Position numbers and translations under genes: made by a program
In this document: one piece after another, positions 63,567 to 64,000 of the stretch
How the letters are laid out: every line of letters begins with the position of its first letter
Position numbering within the stretch: position 1 is the stretch's first letter
The notes under the pieces: generated by a model
Database searches by the model: none
Told to the model about the DNA's origin: nothing
The model's input: only the letters and a program-made list of their open reading frames with translations
Assembly (NCBI GenBank): GCA_963665115.1
Contig: OY762007.1
Coordinates: forward strand, 7,776,001 to 7,840,000
Source of the DNA: an uncultured Rivularia sp.
GTDB lineage: Bacteria; Cyanobacteriota; Cyanobacteriia; Cyanobacteriales; Nostocaceae
Direction of reading: 5' to 3'
DNA: 64,000 nt

Positions 63567-64000
63567 CTAACTCTTTAAAGATTTAGTCGGAATAATAATT
63601 CCTTTACCACCTAATAAGCGGGAATAAATTTTGCCTTGATTATCATGTATTGTAAAATCGGCGGCAACGCTGGTGGCTGTTTTACTTACAATTTCGCAAG
63701 AAACGTAAAAGGGTTTATTGTAGGGTGTTGCTGCAAATTGTTCGTGTTTGTGAATTTCTGCTGGCAAACAAATTTCTTGATGATAGTGCTGTAACCAAAT
63801 CCATAAAGGATGAGTACTCAAATCAACGGAGAAAGGATTTACCCAGAAAACAGGAAATTGTCCTTGTTGTTTTCTATCGATTTCGTTCCAAACGCATTCG
63901 GTAGTAATTTTTTCTGGACTAATATTTATTACTTTTGTTAGCCCTTTAAAAGATTCCCCGTGGAACAAAGGAAATATTGCTGGATTTTCTTGATAAAACT
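63567..64000 (-). CDS. C-terminal PKS dehydratase-like domain, probably HglG (5' end beyond the window)
   Basis: LFHGESFKG...NPFSVDL...CLP; immediately upstream of the KS-CLF-AT gene, as hglG is in the Anabaena PCC 7120 gene order. Confidence 0.7.
   Translation of the reverse strand, partial: FYQENPAIFPLFHGESFKGLTKVINISPEKITTECVWNEIDRKQQGQFPVFWVNPFSVDLSTHPLWIWLQHYHQEICLPAEIHKHEQFAATPYNKPFYVSCEIVSKTATSVAADFTIHDNQGKIYSRLLGGKGIIIPTKSLKS

Noticed and set aside
1..64000. CRISPR array
   Set aside because: All tandem repeats are 7-9-bp units or palindromes without regular unique spacers; no cas genes.
1..64000. Retron, DGR, integron or autonomous IS/RAYT
   Set aside because: No reverse transcriptase, recombinase or transposase motifs in any ORF; any enzyme mobilising the small elements must act in trans.

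Overview
AT-rich chromosomal window from a heterocyst-forming cyanobacterium (Nostocales). This is inferred from the hgl PKS genes, psbA/petL, frequent HIP1 (GCGATCGC) and STRR heptamer repeats. From left to right: malic enzyme (partial), GNAT, psbA, an MBOAT + 983-aa SGNH-type pair, ppc, pentapeptide protein, glycerate kinase, selO, rimJ-like, bioB, petL, aroB; a Uma2/toxin-antitoxin (TA) patch with gene remnants; a ~21-kb Wzx/Wzy-type polysaccharide cluster interrupted and bracketed by TA modules; a two-gene xanthine-dehydrogenase-family locus plus ureidoglycolate lyase; a PEP-CTERM protein; and the 3' half of the heterocyst glycolipid cluster (hglG partial, fused hglD-hglC, hglA, hglB). About ten genes are split by frameshifts, mostly single extra bases in homopolymers, which most likely reflects assembly error. 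I saw no CRISPR array, RNA gene, integrase, transposase or reverse transcriptase. The best candidates for undescribed biology are (i) a nested set of tiny mobile elements, in which TIR-bounded MITE shells carry REP-like hairpin cargo (one with an exact 8-bp TSD) and such elements truncate, replace or terminate genes; (ii) three TA turnover hotspots around the polysaccharide cluster; and (iii) the MBOAT partner with four tandem uncharacterised N-terminal repeats. All family assignments come from motif recognition by eye, without database searches.
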